NCBI RefSeq assembly: GCF_009914755.1
Contig: NC_060941.1
Length of the DNA stretch: 64,000 nt
Strand: one strand, 5' to 3'
Source: the human T2T-CHM13v2.0 reference genome, Homo sapiens
Part shown: piece after piece, positions 58,791 through 64,000 of the stretch
Layout of the letters: each line of letters begins with the position of its first letter
Numbering within the stretch: position 1 is the first letter of the stretch
The notes under the pieces: model-generated
The model's database searches: none
Told to the model about the DNA's origin: nothing
What the model saw: the letters and a program-made list of their open reading frames with translations, nothing else
Made by a program: the position numbers and the translations under genes

Positions 58791-59054
58791 ACAAGGCTAA
58801 TTTGAGGGTCACTTGTTTGATGCCTTTTCTTGCCCATGCCATAGGTCAGAACTAGGACAAGCAGAGCAGGTCATATATAAGCTGTGTAAGTCTCTTGGCC
58901 GCTTTGTACCTTAGTTTCCCCATTTGAGAAAAACGAATGGATCTTAAGACACACTTTTCAGAGTTCATAATGGGCTTATACCCAGCTAACCAATAATTGT
59001 ATGAGTTTTTATACAAAATAGTTGTTTACACGTATTCATCTTCTATTTCACTTA

Positions 59055-59171
<117 letters not shown>

Positions 59172-59378
59172 TTATTTCAGAACATTTATCATTTGCTGTG
59201 AGTCTAATTTACATAGGATGGAGCATCACCTCAATCCTTTCTCTGTGCACTAAGGCAATCTCACTGTGGAAGATACTGGCTTATGGTTTATACTTTAATA
59301 TTGCACATGTGGTGCATTAGCTACAAAACAGTGAACGCTCAGTAAATACCTGTGTTAAGTGATCTTCATTTCTCTAGA

Positions 59379-59592
59379 ACAGGATTTCACAACTTCAGTA
59401 CCATCGACATTTTGGACTATATAACTCTTTGCCGTGGGGGTTTGTCTTATACTTTGCAGGATGTTTAGCAGCATCTCTGGCCTCTGCCCACCAGATGCCA
59501 GGAGCACAACCACAGTTTTGTCAAGCAAAAGTGTCTCTGGACATTACCAAATGTCACCTGAGTACAAAAATCACACCAGTTGAGAACCACTG
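59379..59592. mobile_element. MER20 (hAT-Charlie) DNA transposon relic
   Basis: gcaggatgtttagcagcatctctggcctctgcccaccagatgccag...gttgagaaccactg. Confidence 0.8.
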
Positions 59593-60039
59593 CTCTCTGA
59601 TGATTCACTATGATCTGTGTAATAATTCTCACACTAATCTTTGCTAGAGACAAAAAGGACTTGCTATATAATTTTAGTACCTTTCTACTGGTCAAATTTT
59701 AATCATATTTCAAAATGAATAGCAAAGAGGTTTATAATCAAGTTTTATAAAAATTCCAAATGTAATAAAGTTATATTTGTAACTTACATATACTGCAAAA
59801 ATGGTAGTGATTCAAATGTATGTCTTTCAATATATCGTATTTTATTGCCTTTCCAAATCTCTCCCAGGCAGAATTAACACATCCCAGGTGCTCTTACACA
59901 GGGTTGAGTAGTTCCTGTGGATTTCAGTTGAGTGATACCTCCCCTGTCTCCCCTGCTATGCTAGACCCTATCTCTGAGGACAAGAAATGGGCCTGTTCAT
60001 TAGCGCAGCTGAGAAAGACCAAACCACCTTCTGTTCTCT

Positions 60040-63810
<3,771 letters not shown>

Positions 63811-64000
63811 TTAATTAACAACAACAAAAAGCAAATGGGCATGGATGCATTTCAATTAAAAAGAAATAGTTGGTGGCTGAGGCCGTGATCTCATCTGAAA
63901 GCTCGACTGGGGAGGATCCACTTTTAAGCTCATGAGTTGTTGGCAGGATCAGTTGCCCACTGGCTGTTGGTCAGAGGCCTCTTCTGGTTCCTGGCCTTGT

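Overview
Human (primate) genomic DNA: Alu-dense, with no intact protein-coding gene, no RNA gene and no CRISPR array. The left 24 kb is a segmental-duplication mosaic. A SMURF2-derived pseudo-exon (2552-2636, +) is joined at an AT microsatellite (~2785) to the 3' half of an LRRC37B-like pseudogene (exons 16336-16450, 18411-20046, 20650-20754, 23899-~24110, +). This fits the SMURF2P1-LRRC37BP1 locus in the proximal NF1 low-copy repeat at 17q11.2; that locus name comes from recognising the proteins and was not verified by alignment. Between the two parts lies a 15.2-kb palindrome-like structure: inverted arms 2785-8537 and 12246-18006 around a 3.7-kb spacer. The arms look identical over ~5 kb but diverge at the outer end. 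It contains an SH3GL1 (endophilin A2) processed pseudogene with a poly(A) tail and TSDs. The right 40 kb is a dense field of Alu, L1, L2, MIR and LTR elements. It holds a few unique GC-rich or motif-rich islands (28.7-29.0, 32.7-33.9, 36.6-36.9, 50.6-51.0, 53.9-56.4 kb) and one AluYa5. The most interesting system-level observations are: (i) the SMURF2 and LRRC37 exons are phase-compatible, so they could splice into an in-frame chimera; (ii) the intervening hairpin covers that acceptor exon and its spacer could invert; (iii) a GT-AG exitron inside the large LRRC37 exon would remove all of that exon's disablements; (iv) the last-exon acceptor is dead, but an intronic read-through ORF with AATAAA could replace it; and (v) a decayed coding-like frame lies antisense in the SMURF2 intron.
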